This document shows positions 19,286 to 30,011 of a stretch of DNA of 64,000 bases, piece by piece. Numbering within the stretch: position 1 is the stretch's first letter; each line of letters opens with the position of its first letter. Location: positions 3,722-67,721 of the forward strand of contig JAAZOM010000029.1 of assembly GCA_012797775.1 (NCBI GenBank), in the 5' to 3' direction. Source of the stretch: Candidatus Kuenenbacteria bacterium (lineage in GTDB: Bacteria > Patescibacteriota > Patescibacteriia > UBA2196 > GWA2-42-15). The position numbers and the translations under genes were made by a program. The notes under the pieces are model-generated. The model ran no database searches. It saw only the letters and a program-made list of their open reading frames with translations, and was not told where the DNA came from.

Positions 19286-20836
19286 ATGAAAAAGGAAAAT
19301 CTCAAAAAGACAATTATGCAGTTGAAGGAGGAGGGCTTTTTTGATTGGCAAAAAGAGATAGAAAAAAATAAGGGCGAGGTTTTTTTGGTGGGCGGAGCAG
19401 TGAGAGATGCCCTGCTTGGGGACAAAGAAATAAAGGATTATGATTTTGTGGTGAGAGGAATAGAGATAGAGGAGCTTGGTAAAATTTTAAAGAGCTTGGG
19501 TAGGGTGGAACTCGTTGGTAAGAGTTTCGGTGTATACAAATTTGTACCGGCTGGTAAGAAAATGAAAATAGCTTTTGATATTGCATTGCCCCGAACAGAG
19601 ATTGCTCTGGCAACTGGTGGGTATAAAGATTTTAAAGTGAGGTATAATCACAAATTAAAAATAGAAGATGATTTGGGTCGTAGAGATTTTACAATTAATG
19701 CCTTGGCTTGGGATTTAAAGAAGGAAAAATTAATTGATGAGTTTGGAGGTTTGGAAGACTTAGAAAACAAATTGATCAGGACTGTGGGCAATGCTCAAGA
19801 GAGGTTTCGGGAAGATTATTCTAGGATGCTTCGAGGAGTGCGTTTTGCTTGTCAGCTGAATTTTCAAATAGAAAAAAGTACCAGGGTGGCTTTGCAGAAA
19901 TTGATAAAAAATATAAATGATGAGCGCGGCGGAGAAAGGGTGGTGCCGTATGAAATTTTGGGCGAGGAGATTTTGAAAGCTTTTGTTTATAATCCCATGG
20001 AGGCTTTTGATCTGATGGATAAATCTGGAGCGATGAGAGAGACAATGCCAGAGCTTTTAAAAATGAAAGGGTGTCCACAGCCAAGGAATTGGCATAGTGA
20101 GGGCGATGTCTGGACGCACACAAGATTGTGTTTGAAAAATTTAAATAGCGAGGCTTTTCGGGAAAGATTTGGAGACCCAATTATTTTTGATGATAAAATC
20201 AAAAACCAAAACTCAGAATTCAAAAGCAAGGTTAGATTATTAAATGCGGAATTAGTGATGGCCGTTTTGTGGCATGACGTGGGAAAGCCGGTAACAATTA
20301 TGACACCAGAAAAAAATGGCTCTGATAGAATTCGTTTTAATAATCATGATGAGTTGGGCGCCAAGATGGCAGAAGAGATTTTTAGAAAAATGAAATTTTC
20401 AGCCGCACCGGATTTTGATTTTGAGCCAGAGCGAGCTGCTTGGCTGATAAGAAAGCATCATTTATTTGATAAAAAAAGGATAAAAGAAATGAAGGCGGCA
20501 ACAATTGAAAAGTATTTTTTTTGTGAGAGATATAGTGGCGAGGATTTATTAAAACTCGGTTTTATTGATGGGCTGAGCTCAATACCGGAGGACGAGGAAG
20601 AACAGTTGGCGAGTTTTAATTTGATGATTGGCAGAATAGAGGGGTTAAAGAAGTTGGGTAAGGATAGAAAATTGCCAAAGCCATTACTTGATGGCAACGA
20701 GATAATGAAGATTTTGAAGATAAGGCCGGGCAAGAAAGTGGGTAAGATTTTGGAAGGGTTGAGAGAAAAACAGTTGGCGGGGAAGATAAAAAATAGAAAA
20801 GAGGCGGAGAAAGAGATCGGGAAGGTGGGGAAGTAG
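19286..20836 (+). CDS. cca: CCA-adding tRNA nucleotidyltransferase with HD domain
   Basis: VGGAVRD, DYD, RRDFTINA, HSEGDVWTH, HDVGK. Confidence 0.92.
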   Translation: MKKENLKKTIMQLKEEGFFDWQKEIEKNKGEVFLVGGAVRDALLGDKEIKDYDFVVRGIEIEELGKILKSLGRVELVGKSFGVYKFVPAGKKMKIAFDIALPRTEIALATGGYKDFKVRYNHKLKIEDDLGRRDFTINALAWDLKKEKLIDEFGGLEDLENKLIRTVGNAQERFREDYSRMLRGVRFACQLNFQIEKSTRVALQKLIKNINDERGGERVVPYEILGEEILKAFVYNPMEAFDLMDKSGAMRETMPELLKMKGCPQPRNWHSEGDVWTHTRLCLKNLNSEAFRERFGDPIIFDDKIKNQNSEFKSKVRLLNAELVMAVLWHDVGKPVTIMTPEKNGSDRIRFNNHDELGAKMAEEIFRKMKFSAAPDFDFEPERAAWLIRKHHLFDKKRIKEMKAATIEKYFFCERYSGEDLLKLGFIDGLSSIPEDEEEQLASFNLMIGRIEGLKKLGKDRKLPKPLLDGNEIMKILKIRPGKKVGKILEGLREKQLAGKIKNRKEAEKEIGKVGK

Positions 20837-20910
20837 GGAGGTAGGTAAGTCGGGTAAACTGTAGTGTTTCATTGTTATGTTGTTGAATTATTAAATTGTT
20901 AAGTTATTAT

Positions 20911-21852
20911 ATGACAAAATTTTTAGTCGAATTAGGAGATGGGGGCAAAAGATTGGACCAATTTTTACAAGGAAAGCTGGGGGAGCTGTCGCGTTCACAG
21001 ATACAGAAAATGATTAAGGCCGGAGAAATAACCGTTGACGGAAAAGAGGTGGCAGTACATTATTTTTTAAAACCGGGGAATGAAATTAAAGTCAAAAGTC
21101 AATCCGCCAGCCGGCGGACAAAAGTCAATCCGCCAGCCGGCGGGCAAAAGTCAAAATTGGCGGGAATAAAAGTTATAAAAGAGGATAAGGATTATATTGT
21201 AGTAAATAAGCCAGCGGGGATGGTGGTGCACCCAGATACTATATACAAAGATAACGCTTTGGTTGATTGGCTAGTAAAGAAATATCCAGAGGTAAAAAAA
21301 GTGGGTGACGATCAAAAGCGACCGGGGATAGTACATCGTTTGGACAAAGATGTTTCTGGTCTTATGGTGGTAGCACGGACGCAAAAAATGTTTGATTATT
21401 TAAAAAAACAATTTCAAGATAGAAAAGTGGAGAAAGAATATCTGGCCTTGGTTCATGGTGTGGTAGTAAAAGATGAGGGCCTGATTGATAGGCCGATTGG
21501 CAGGACAGTTGGTGGGGTGATGGGTGTGGGATCAAAAAATAAAAAAAGTCGAGAAGCGGGAACACAGTATAGGGTGGTGGAAAGATTTAAAAATTTTACT
21601 TTATTAAAAATAAAGATTTTTACTGGGCGGACACACCAAATCAGGGCGCACATGAAATCGATTGGGCACGGCTTGATTGGCGACAATCTTTATGTGACGC
21701 GTGATATAAAAAGGAAAAAGAAACAAGAGGATTTGGGGCGAGTGTGGTTGTATGCTTGTCGGCTGGGTTTTAAAGATCTGGATGAGAAATGGCAGGAGTT
21801 TGAGGTGGCAATGCCAGAAGAATTAAAGTTGTTTTTGGGGAAGATAAAATAA
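20911..21852 (+). CDS. RluA-family pseudouridine synthase (RluD-like)
   Basis: S4 domain, VHRLDKDVSG, GRTHQIR. Confidence 0.95.
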   Translation: MTKFLVELGDGGKRLDQFLQGKLGELSRSQIQKMIKAGEITVDGKEVAVHYFLKPGNEIKVKSQSASRRTKVNPPAGGQKSKLAGIKVIKEDKDYIVVNKPAGMVVHPDTIYKDNALVDWLVKKYPEVKKVGDDQKRPGIVHRLDKDVSGLMVVARTQKMFDYLKKQFQDRKVEKEYLALVHGVVVKDEGLIDRPIGRTVGGVMGVGSKNKKSREAGTQYRVVERFKNFTLLKIKIFTGRTHQIRAHMKSIGHGLIGDNLYVTRDIKRKKKQEDLGRVWLYACRLGFKDLDEKWQEFEVAMPEELKLFLGKIK

Positions 21853-21886
21853 ATCAAGTAACTAGCAATTAGTAATTTTTGGGTTT

Positions 21887-22456
21887 ATGAAAACAAAAGG
21901 GAAAATATTTATAATTTTTGGAGTATCTGGTTCGGGCCAAGACGCGGTTATCAAGGGTTTATTTAAAAAAGGACTAAGGGCAATCCGAATGATAACTACA
22001 GTGACAAGGGGCAAGCGGCCGGGTGAGAGAAATGGCCGACCCTATTATTTTATTTCTGAAGGGCGATTTAGGGAGATGATTAAAAAAAATAAATTTATAG
22101 AATGGGATGAGCACTACGGTGCTTATTATGGGTGTACTTATAATGAACTGGAGCGAGTAAAGAAAACCGGCAAGATAATTTTATGGAAAACGGAAATGAG
22201 GGGGGCCCTAGCCATTAAGAGAAAATTCCCAAATGTGATAGTAATTATGATAAAGCCGCCATCAATAAAAGTAGCCCTAGAGAGATTAAAGAAGAGGGGT
22301 GATGGTGGTCAAGTGGTGGGTAGAAGGTTGGTGGAGATAAAGAGCTATATGCGGGCGGCTAAGAATAAAAAATTTGATTTTGTGGTGACCAATAAAGAGG
22401 GCGGGTTGGACGAGACCGTAGAAAGGGTAAAAAAAATTATAGAAAAAAATATCTAA
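21887..22456 (+). CDS. gmk: Guanylate kinase
   Basis: TTVTRGKRPGE..G.PYYF, YGAYYG; variant P-loop. Confidence 0.85.
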   Translation: MKTKGKIFIIFGVSGSGQDAVIKGLFKKGLRAIRMITTVTRGKRPGERNGRPYYFISEGRFREMIKKNKFIEWDEHYGAYYGCTYNELERVKKTGKIILWKTEMRGALAIKRKFPNVIVIMIKPPSIKVALERLKKRGDGGQVVGRRLVEIKSYMRAAKNKKFDFVVTNKEGGLDETVERVKKIIEKNI

Positions 22457-22540
22457 TAATTATATTTAAAAACACCTTGATGAGCAGGTGTTTTTAAATT
22501 TATATTTTTTTGTTATAATAAAGAATATTAAGATTGATTT

Positions 22541-24268
22541 ATGAAAAAACAAATTGCCATAAAGATTGGTGGTGAGGCGGGGCAAGGAATTAAGGTTTCC
22601 GGCTTGATTTTGGGGCGGGCGTTTTTTGGTGCCGGGGCCTATATTTTTGGTTATAGCGAATACCCGTCACTTATTCGCGGCGGGCATAATACTTATCAAC
22701 TGAATATTTCAGAACAGCCAATATGCTCAGCGACAAAGAAGGTAGACGTGCTTTTGGCCCTAGACAAAAAGACAGCAGAGTTGCACCAGAGCGAGATAAA
22801 AGAAGGAGGTTTTGTAATTTTTGATGGATTGAATTTGGATAGTAAAAGTTGGGTTGGTATAAATTTGATAGATTTACCTTTGGCAAAATTGGCAGAAGAA
22901 AATGGCGGAGTGATTATGCGCAACACCGTGGCTCTCGGAGCCCTGGCTGGCGTGGTTGACTTTGATATTAAAGCGATAGAATCAGAGATAGAAAAAAATT
23001 TTAAAAATAAAGGGGAAGGCGTGGTGGGTGCTAATAAAAAGGCCGCACGGGCAGGGTATGATTATTTGGCAAATAATTATAAAAACAAAAAAGTAATCAA
23101 TGGCTGGTCTTTCGAGAAGAGAAAAAATGAAGGGAATTTATTGACTGGTAATGAGGCAATAGCCATGGGCATGCTCCAGGCCGGTTGTGATTTTTATACT
23201 GCTTATCCAATGACGCCAGCGACATCTATTTTACATATTTTAATAGATAAACAAAAAACTGAAAAGATTGTAGTTCATCAGGCCGAGGATGAGATATCGG
23301 CGATCGGAGTAGCCATTGGAGCCTCTTTGGCCGGGGCCAGGGCGGCAACGGGAACATCGGGCGGCGGCTTTTCTTTGATGACGGAAAGTCTGGGGCTCTC
23401 AGCAATAACAGAGACACCAATAGTGGTAATAAATTCACAAAGGCCAGCGCCAGCGACTGGCTTGCCGACCTGGACAGAGCAGGGGGATTTGAATTTTGTT
23501 TTAAATGCTTCGCATGGGGAATTCCCAAGAGTGGTCTTGGCGCCGGGCGATGCTGAAGAATCATTTTACGCTATTCAGGAAGCTTTTAATTTGGCGGAGA
23601 AATGGCAGTTGCCAGTAATAGTTTTGTTGGATAAATTATTATCAGAATCTGATTTTACCTTGGATAGTTTGGATAAGGATAAAATAAAGATAAAAAGAGA
23701 GGGTTTATTGAGTGAGGATGATTTGCAAAGAATAGAGAAATATAAAAGATATGAGATAACCCCCAACGGGGTTTCAAATAGGGCTTTGCCGGGGCAGGCG
23801 GGGGGTGTGCATCTGTCTAATTCTGACGAACATGATGAATATGGTTTTTCCAGTGAAGAAGCAGAGGATAGAAAAAGAATGATGGACAAAAGATTTGCCA
23901 AGGTAAAAGTATTGGGGGGTGAGATGCAAGAGCCAGTATTGTATGGCAAGGAAGAGGCCGATCTGACTGTTGTTGGCTGGGGAGCGGTAAAGGGAGTCGT
24001 TTTGGATGCGTTAAAAAATGTCGATGAGAGTAAAAAGATCAATTTTTTACACTTAAAGACATTGTGGCCATTCCCAGAAAGAAGAGTGAGAGCGGTTTTG
24101 GAAAAAAGCAAAAACATTTTGTTGATAGAAAATAATAAAACAGGGCAATTGGGTGATTTGATAAAAAAGGAGACAGGAGTGCAGATAAAAAATAGGTTTT
24201 TGAAATATGATGGCAGGCCATTTTTTAGGGAAGAAGTGGTCGATAAGATTAATGAATTAACGCATTAA
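22541..24268 (+). CDS. 2-oxoacid:ferredoxin oxidoreductase alpha subunit (gamma-fused)
   Basis: GGEAGQG, YPMTPAT, TSGGG. Confidence 0.95.
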   Translation: MKKQIAIKIGGEAGQGIKVSGLILGRAFFGAGAYIFGYSEYPSLIRGGHNTYQLNISEQPICSATKKVDVLLALDKKTAELHQSEIKEGGFVIFDGLNLDSKSWVGINLIDLPLAKLAEENGGVIMRNTVALGALAGVVDFDIKAIESEIEKNFKNKGEGVVGANKKAARAGYDYLANNYKNKKVINGWSFEKRKNEGNLLTGNEAIAMGMLQAGCDFYTAYPMTPATSILHILIDKQKTEKIVVHQAEDEISAIGVAIGASLAGARAATGTSGGGFSLMTESLGLSAITETPIVVINSQRPAPATGLPTWTEQGDLNFVLNASHGEFPRVVLAPGDAEESFYAIQEAFNLAEKWQLPVIVLLDKLLSESDFTLDSLDKDKIKIKREGLLSEDDLQRIEKYKRYEITPNGVSNRALPGQAGGVHLSNSDEHDEYGFSSEEAEDRKRMMDKRFAKVKVLGGEMQEPVLYGKEEADLTVVGWGAVKGVVLDALKNVDESKKINFLHLKTLWPFPERRVRAVLEKSKNILLIENNKTGQLGDLIKKETGVQIKNRFLKYDGRPFFREEVVDKINELTH

Positions 24269-24282
24269 TAAATTAAATAATT

Positions 24283-25095
24283 ATGCAGCAAGGACAGGAA
24301 AAATTTAATACAAAGGTAATGCCAACTTGGTGTCCGGGGTGTGGTAATTTTGGCATTTGGGCCGCTTTAAAAAAAGCTTTATTGGACTTGGGGCTGGAAC
24401 CACATCAGGTTTTGATGACTTATGATATTGGTTGCTTTGGTAACGGGGCAAATTTTTTCAAGACTTATGGTTTTCATTCACTCCATGGTAGAGCGTTGCC
24501 ACCGGCAGTGGGGGCCAAAATTTTTAATAGAAAATTGACAGTCATGGCCCTGGCCGGTGACGGCGGGGCATATGGAGAAGGATTGCAACATTTTATACAT
24601 GCGGCTAGGTATAATGTTGACGTGACCTTTTTGGTAGCCAATAACCAAAGATTTAGCCTGACAACTGGCCAGGCATCACCGACAACAAAAAAAGGAATAA
24701 TAACCAAGACAACTCCTTGGGGGGAAATAAAGACACCGTTGAATCCCTTGGCTTTGGCAATTGAAAGCGGGGCAGGTTTGGTGGCTAGGGGTTTTGCTGG
24801 AGATATAGTACATCTGACTGAAATAATAAAGGTGGCAATAGAGCACAAGGGTTTTTCTCACGTGGATATTTTGCAGCCGTGCGTATCTTTCAACCCAGAG
24901 CAGAGTTATGAGTGGTATAGGGGTGTGATTTATAAATTGGAAGAGCACAAATATATACCTGATGATAAAAGAAGGGCACTGGAGAAGGCGTGGGAGTTTG
25001 AGGAGAGTGGCAAAATGCCCACAGGCATTTTTTATAAGGAAGAAAAGGAGAGCTACGAGGAAGGGCTGCAAAAAGTAAAGAACAAAGAAGAATAA
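24283..25095 (+). CDS. 2-oxoacid:ferredoxin oxidoreductase beta subunit
   Basis: WCPGCG, GDG, TGQASPT. Confidence 0.95.
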   Translation: MQQGQEKFNTKVMPTWCPGCGNFGIWAALKKALLDLGLEPHQVLMTYDIGCFGNGANFFKTYGFHSLHGRALPPAVGAKIFNRKLTVMALAGDGGAYGEGLQHFIHAARYNVDVTFLVANNQRFSLTTGQASPTTKKGIITKTTPWGEIKTPLNPLALAIESGAGLVARGFAGDIVHLTEIIKVAIEHKGFSHVDILQPCVSFNPEQSYEWYRGVIYKLEEHKYIPDDKRRALEKAWEFEESGKMPTGIFYKEEKESYEEGLQKVKNKEE

Positions 25096-25138
25096 AAAAG
25101 AAAATCAAAAAATCCCGATAAGATCGGGATTTTTTGAA

Positions 25139-25223
25139 TGGTGCCCAGGGCGGGAATCGAACCCGCATGACCGAAGCCGCAGGATTTTAAGTCCTGTGCG
25201 TCTACCAGTTCCGCCACCTGGGC
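25139..25223 (-). tRNA. tRNA-Leu(TAA)
   Basis: Long variable arm; anticodon TAA; CCA encoded. Confidence 0.95.
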
Positions 25224-25224
25224 G

Positions 25225-25299
<75 letters not shown>

Positions 25300-25400
25300 G
25301 TAAATTAATTTTAAATTTTCAATCCCCAAACAATTTTAATTAATAAATTATTAAAGCTATAAAAGTATCCTAACAGAAACAGTTTGGTTGGTAAAGATAT

Positions 25401-25482
25401 TGCTGGAGGGGAGACTCGAACTCCCAAGCCTTGCGGCACATGCTCCTAAGGCATGCGCGTATACCAATTCCGCCACTCCAGC
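25401..25482 (-). tRNA. tRNA-Leu(TAG), CCA not encoded
   Basis: catgc-ct-TAG-ga-gcatg; long variable arm. Confidence 0.95.
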
Positions 25483-25603
25483 CAATTTTATGTGGGCTGA
25501 ATTTATCTTAGCTTATGGAGGGAATAATTTCAAGATTTTGATTTTGGCGATAGTCTTTTTGATGATATAATAAAGGCCAAGGGAGGAATATCCTATAAAG
25601 GCT

Positions 25604-28453
25604 ATGGCAAAAATGTTGAATCAAAAAATAAATTATTGGTTGGTTTTGGCGCTTGTTTTTTTGAGCGTTTTTTTGTTTATAAAAATAGCCGGGGCAGTAG
25701 CACCGGGGGAGGTGGTTATTAATGAAATAGCTTGGATGGGTACAGCTAGCTCTTCGGCTGACGAGTGGATCGAAATTTATAATAAAAGTGCTTCGGCGGT
25801 GGATTTGACTGGCTGGCAAATGAAGGCCAAAGACGGGACGCCAAGCATAGATTTGGCGGGGCAGATAGAGCCGGGTGGATATTTTTTATTAGAAAGGACC
25901 GATGATAATAGCGCGCCAGGAGTAGCGGCTGACCAGATATATAGTGGGGATTTGAGTAATAGTGGGGAAGAATTGCGACTCTTAGACAGTAACCAGGTCG
26001 TAATTGACGAAGTATTGGCTGGTAGTGGTTGGTCGGCCGGGGATAATACTACAAAGTTGACTATGGAGAGAAAGATAGATTTGAGCTGGGGGAACAGTTT
26101 GATGGCCGGTGGAACTCCCAAGGCACTAAACGGCAGTCCTGGGGATCAGCAAGATAAAGAAGAACCAACAACATATTCAACAGATTCGGTGATTAATGAG
26201 CTGATGCCCAATCCGAGTGAGAGTGACGACTATGAGTGGATAGAATTATATAATAATGGAGCCACAGTAGTGGATTTAGCCAATTGGCAGATAGCTGATA
26301 ATAGCAAGGTATTTATAATTAATGCGACTGGTACTTTTACAACGATTATAGAAGCACGGGGTTTTTTGGTGATCCCCAAGGTGGTTTCAGGAATTAGCCT
26401 GAATAATACTGGGGGCGAGGGCGTGACCCTGAAAAATCCTGATGGCGTGATGGTCAGCCAGACGAGCTATAGCGAGAGCGCTCTTGATGATTATGTTTGG
26501 GCGAGAGAGGAGGGAGGCGACTATAAATGGAGTACAACGGCAACCGAGGGGCAGAAAAATATTATTACTGCGCCAGTGGAAAATATAGGAGGGAGTAGCG
26601 GTGGCGGTGGTAGTGGTGGCACAAGTCAGACCGAGGAAAAGAAAAGTGCGGGCTCTAGTTTTAAGGATAAAATAATAATTACAGAAATAATGCCCAACCC
26701 TTTTGGTATTGATGGGGGCAAAAATGAGTGGATTGAAATTTATAATACCTCGACGGAACCGGTGATATTGGATGATTGGAAAATAAAAGATAATTTTAGT
26801 TTTTATATTTTTAAAAACAAAAGGGTGGAGCCAAAGAATTTTTTGGTTTTAGGAAGAGAGGAGACTGGGTTGGTTTTGAATAATGAGGGCGGAGAAGCAC
26901 TCGAGCTAATAGATAAAAATGGGGGTTTGGTGGCCAAGGCGAGCTATAAAGTAAAGGCGCCAGAAGGCTTGAGTTTCGGCTGGTGCGGTCGGAGCTTTGA
27001 ATGGCTGGACACTCCGACAGAAGGAGCAGAAAATAAATGCCCAGTAGAAAATGATAAGCCGGCGGCATACTTTGAAGTAAATAAATATCAGGTCGTTTTG
27101 GGTGAAATGATAATGATGGACGCAGAGGAAAGCTATGATACTGATGGGAAAATAATAAAATATATTTGGGAGTTTTCCGACGAAGTGATGGCGAGCCAAG
27201 AAAAGAATAAGATTTTTGAAACCAATGCGCCGATTATTGGAATCAGGTTTTTAAAAACAGGGATTAATAAAGTCACTTTGAAGGTGGTGGATGATTTGGG
27301 CGGAGAGGATATTTTTAAACAAGAGATAGAAGTACAGCCAGATAAAAACAAGCCAGATTATGAAAATATTTTTATTAATGAGCTTATGCCCAACCCCAAA
27401 GGGCTTGATAGCGGTAATGAATGGATAGAATTGTATAATAACGGCAGCGGGGAGGTGGACTTGATTGGGTGTAGTTTGGCGATGAATAAAGGTAAAACAT
27501 ACAAGATAACAAATTTAGTTTTACCGGCCAAGGGTTATGCTGTTTTGAGTGACAAGATAACAAAGATAGTCTTGTTGAACAGTGAAGGCGATTTAAAATT
27601 GATTGATCCAGAAGGAAAGACAATAAGGGAAATAAATTATAGTAAAGTATTAGAGGGTTGGAGCTACGCGCGGGATGAAGAAAAAGGTAATAGCTGGGAA
27701 TGGACCAACAAACCGACGCTGAAAGAAAAAAATATTATTGCTGGGCAAGTAGTGGGGAGTAAGGCGGTTCGCACTAGTAGCGCGGGTGATGGGCAGGCAA
27801 TAAGAATTGTAGGTAAGGTAATAGTTGAGCCGGGGCTTTTGGGAAAAAATATATTTTATATACAGGAAGAAGGCGGTAGAGGAGCGCAGATTTATTCTTA
27901 TTATAAAGATTTTCCAAATTTGGCAATGGGTGATAAGGTAGAGGTAGTGGGGGTAGTTGGTGATTATCAGGGAGAGAGGAGAATAAAGACAAAAAGCAGG
28001 AACGATATTAAAGTTTTGAGCAATGGAGAAATGGTGGCCCCGACAGAGGTGCAAGTTGAGGATGTGGGGGAGGATAATGAGGGAGCCATGGTAAAAATAA
28101 CAGGCCAATTAACAGAGATAAAAGGTGCTAGTTGGTGGTTGGACGATGGGACGGGTGAGTTGAAGGTTTATCTCAAGCAAAATGCCAATATTAATAAGGG
28201 GCAGATAGAAGTGGGGGATACCCTGGAAGTCAGTGGTGTTGTTTCTCAATATCAGGATGAATATCGTTTACTGCCTCGTTACCCGGAAGACATAAAGGTG
28301 GTTGGCAAGGTGTTGGGGGCAGAGACCGAGGGTGATAAAACAGAAAAAGAGAATAGTGATATTTTAAAATATTTATTAGCGGTGGCAGTGGCAGTGATAT
28401 TGGTTTTAATAACTTATATAAAAAAAAACAGTGGTAGTAAGAAAAATTTTTAA
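25604..28453 (+). CDS. Surface protein with four lamin-tail-like domains, a PKD-like domain, OB folds and a C-terminal TM anchor
   Basis: I[NT]E...EWIE[IL]YN four times; SYDTDGKIIKYIWEF; LDDGTGE...RLLPR. Confidence 0.85.
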   Translation: MAKMLNQKINYWLVLALVFLSVFLFIKIAGAVAPGEVVINEIAWMGTASSSADEWIEIYNKSASAVDLTGWQMKAKDGTPSIDLAGQIEPGGYFLLERTDDNSAPGVAADQIYSGDLSNSGEELRLLDSNQVVIDEVLAGSGWSAGDNTTKLTMERKIDLSWGNSLMAGGTPKALNGSPGDQQDKEEPTTYSTDSVINELMPNPSESDDYEWIELYNNGATVVDLANWQIADNSKVFIINATGTFTTIIEARGFLVIPKVVSGISLNNTGGEGVTLKNPDGVMVSQTSYSESALDDYVWAREEGGDYKWSTTATEGQKNIITAPVENIGGSSGGGGSGGTSQTEEKKSAGSSFKDKIIITEIMPNPFGIDGGKNEWIEIYNTSTEPVILDDWKIKDNFSFYIFKNKRVEPKNFLVLGREETGLVLNNEGGEALELIDKNGGLVAKASYKVKAPEGLSFGWCGRSFEWLDTPTEGAENKCPVENDKPAAYFEVNKYQVVLGEMIMMDAEESYDTDGKIIKYIWEFSDEVMASQEKNKIFETNAPIIGIRFLKTGINKVTLKVVDDLGGEDIFKQEIEVQPDKNKPDYENIFINELMPNPKGLDSGNEWIELYNNGSGEVDLIGCSLAMNKGKTYKITNLVLPAKGYAVLSDKITKIVLLNSEGDLKLIDPEGKTIREINYSKVLEGWSYARDEEKGNSWEWTNKPTLKEKNIIAGQVVGSKAVRTSSAGDGQAIRIVGKVIVEPGLLGKNIFYIQEEGGRGAQIYSYYKDFPNLAMGDKVEVVGVVGDYQGERRIKTKSRNDIKVLSNGEMVAPTEVQVEDVGEDNEGAMVKITGQLTEIKGASWWLDDGTGELKVYLKQNANINKGQIEVGDTLEVSGVVSQYQDEYRLLPRYPEDIKVVGKVLGAETEGDKTEKENSDILKYLLAVAVAVILVLITYIKKNSGSKKNF

Positions 28454-28470
28454 TAACTCATTTATATATT

Positions 28471-29403
28471 ATGATTAAAAAAAATAGGTTAATTTGGTCA
28501 GAAGTTAGAGAAGATAAAATTCATGATCGATTTGTGATTATCGCGCCAGGGAGAAGCAAGCGGCCACATAGCGGGAAGAAGCAAAAAGATACTTGCGTAT
28601 TTTGTTCTAAAGAAGTTCAATTTAAAGTGCTGGCGCTTTATCAGGTGGGTAAGGGTAAGGATTGGTTGGTAAAAGTGATAAAAAATATTTATCCGGTGGT
28701 TGATGTGGGCAATCCCAAGGCCTATGGTTATCACGAAGTGGTAATAGAAACTAGGGAGCACAAAAAAGAAATGGGCGATTTGCCGATAGACCACTTGATT
28801 GCGATTATGGAGGCCTATATTGCCAGGACAAAAGAATTGGCCAAAGACAAAAAGATAAAATATATTTTGATTTTCAAAAATCAGGGCGGTAGCGCTGGGG
28901 CGTCTTTGGCGCATGCACATTCACAAATTTTTGCTTCCAGTTTTGTACCGCCGCATATTATTGATAAACTGACCAAGGCACAGGAATATAGGATTGAGCA
29001 TGGGAATTGTTATTATTGTGATTTATTAAAAAAAGAAGAAAAGGGCCCAAGATTTATTATGAGTGATGAGTATGCCCTGGCTTTTACACCTTATGCCTCT
29101 ATTTATGCTTATGAAGCGTGGATTATGCCCAAAAAACACGTAGATAATATTACTGTTTTGGATAGAGATGAGATAGCTTCAATGGCTGTGATGATTAAGC
29201 AACTAACAGAAAAATTGAATAAAGAGGGGATTCCTTATAATATGTTTTTGCACCAATCGATCACAGACAAAGATGAACATTTTTATATTCGTATTTGCCC
29301 TAGGCGCGATATCTGGGCCGGACTAGAGACAGGGTCGAGGCTGATTGTCAATCCAGTCAGTCCAGAAGAAGCGGCCAAGTTTTATAGAAAAAGGCATAAA
29401 TAA
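28471..29403 (+). CDS. galT: Galactose-1-phosphate uridylyltransferase family
   Basis: CVFC, FKNQG..AGASLAHAHSQ. Confidence 0.85.
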   Translation: MIKKNRLIWSEVREDKIHDRFVIIAPGRSKRPHSGKKQKDTCVFCSKEVQFKVLALYQVGKGKDWLVKVIKNIYPVVDVGNPKAYGYHEVVIETREHKKEMGDLPIDHLIAIMEAYIARTKELAKDKKIKYILIFKNQGGSAGASLAHAHSQIFASSFVPPHIIDKLTKAQEYRIEHGNCYYCDLLKKEEKGPRFIMSDEYALAFTPYASIYAYEAWIMPKKHVDNITVLDRDEIASMAVMIKQLTEKLNKEGIPYNMFLHQSITDKDEHFYIRICPRRDIWAGLETGSRLIVNPVSPEEAAKFYRKRHK

Positions 29404-29410
29404 AGTCAAT

Positions 29411-29980
29411 ATGAAGCAAAAATGGTTGAGGTTAATAAGAACAACAATATTATTTTGTTTGGCGGTGGTGATACTCGTGCCGGTTTTGGCCAAAGAAATT
29501 GACGAAAAGAAATATAAGACCGAAGATTACACTGAAATAATAAATGTTTTGCCGTTGAGTGAAGATTTTTCTTGGACGGAAAATTTACCAGAAAACGAGG
29601 AGAGGGAAAAGGTAAAAAGAATTGAGATAGATTTGTCAGAACAGAAAATGCGTTTATTGGAAAATGATAAAATAATAAGAGAGATGTCGGTTTCTAGTGG
29701 CAAGCCAGGGATGGAGACGCCAGTGGGGCAATTTCAGATACATAATAAAAATCCAAGGTCGTGGTCTAGTTATGGCTTGTGGATGCCCTATTGGATGTTA
29801 ATAGAGCCGAGGCGTGGAATTGGTATTCATGAGTTGCCGGAATGGCCAAATGGTTATAAAGAAGGAGAGAATCATCTTGGCACACCAGTATCGCATGGAT
29901 GTATTCGTCTAGGGGTGGGAGATGCAAAGTTTGTGTATGACTGGGCGGAGATAGGGACGCCGGTGGAGATAATTTATTAA
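29411..29980 (+). CDS. L,D-transpeptidase family protein
   Basis: IEIDLSEQ, TPVG, IH, SHGCIRL; signal peptide. Confidence 0.92.
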   Translation: MKQKWLRLIRTTILFCLAVVILVPVLAKEIDEKKYKTEDYTEIINVLPLSEDFSWTENLPENEEREKVKRIEIDLSEQKMRLLENDKIIREMSVSSGKPGMETPVGQFQIHNKNPRSWSSYGLWMPYWMLIEPRRGIGIHELPEWPNGYKEGENHLGTPVSHGCIRLGVGDAKFVYDWAEIGTPVEIIY

Positions 29981-30011
29981 TTTTCAATTTACAATTTTCA
30001 ATAAATTTTCA

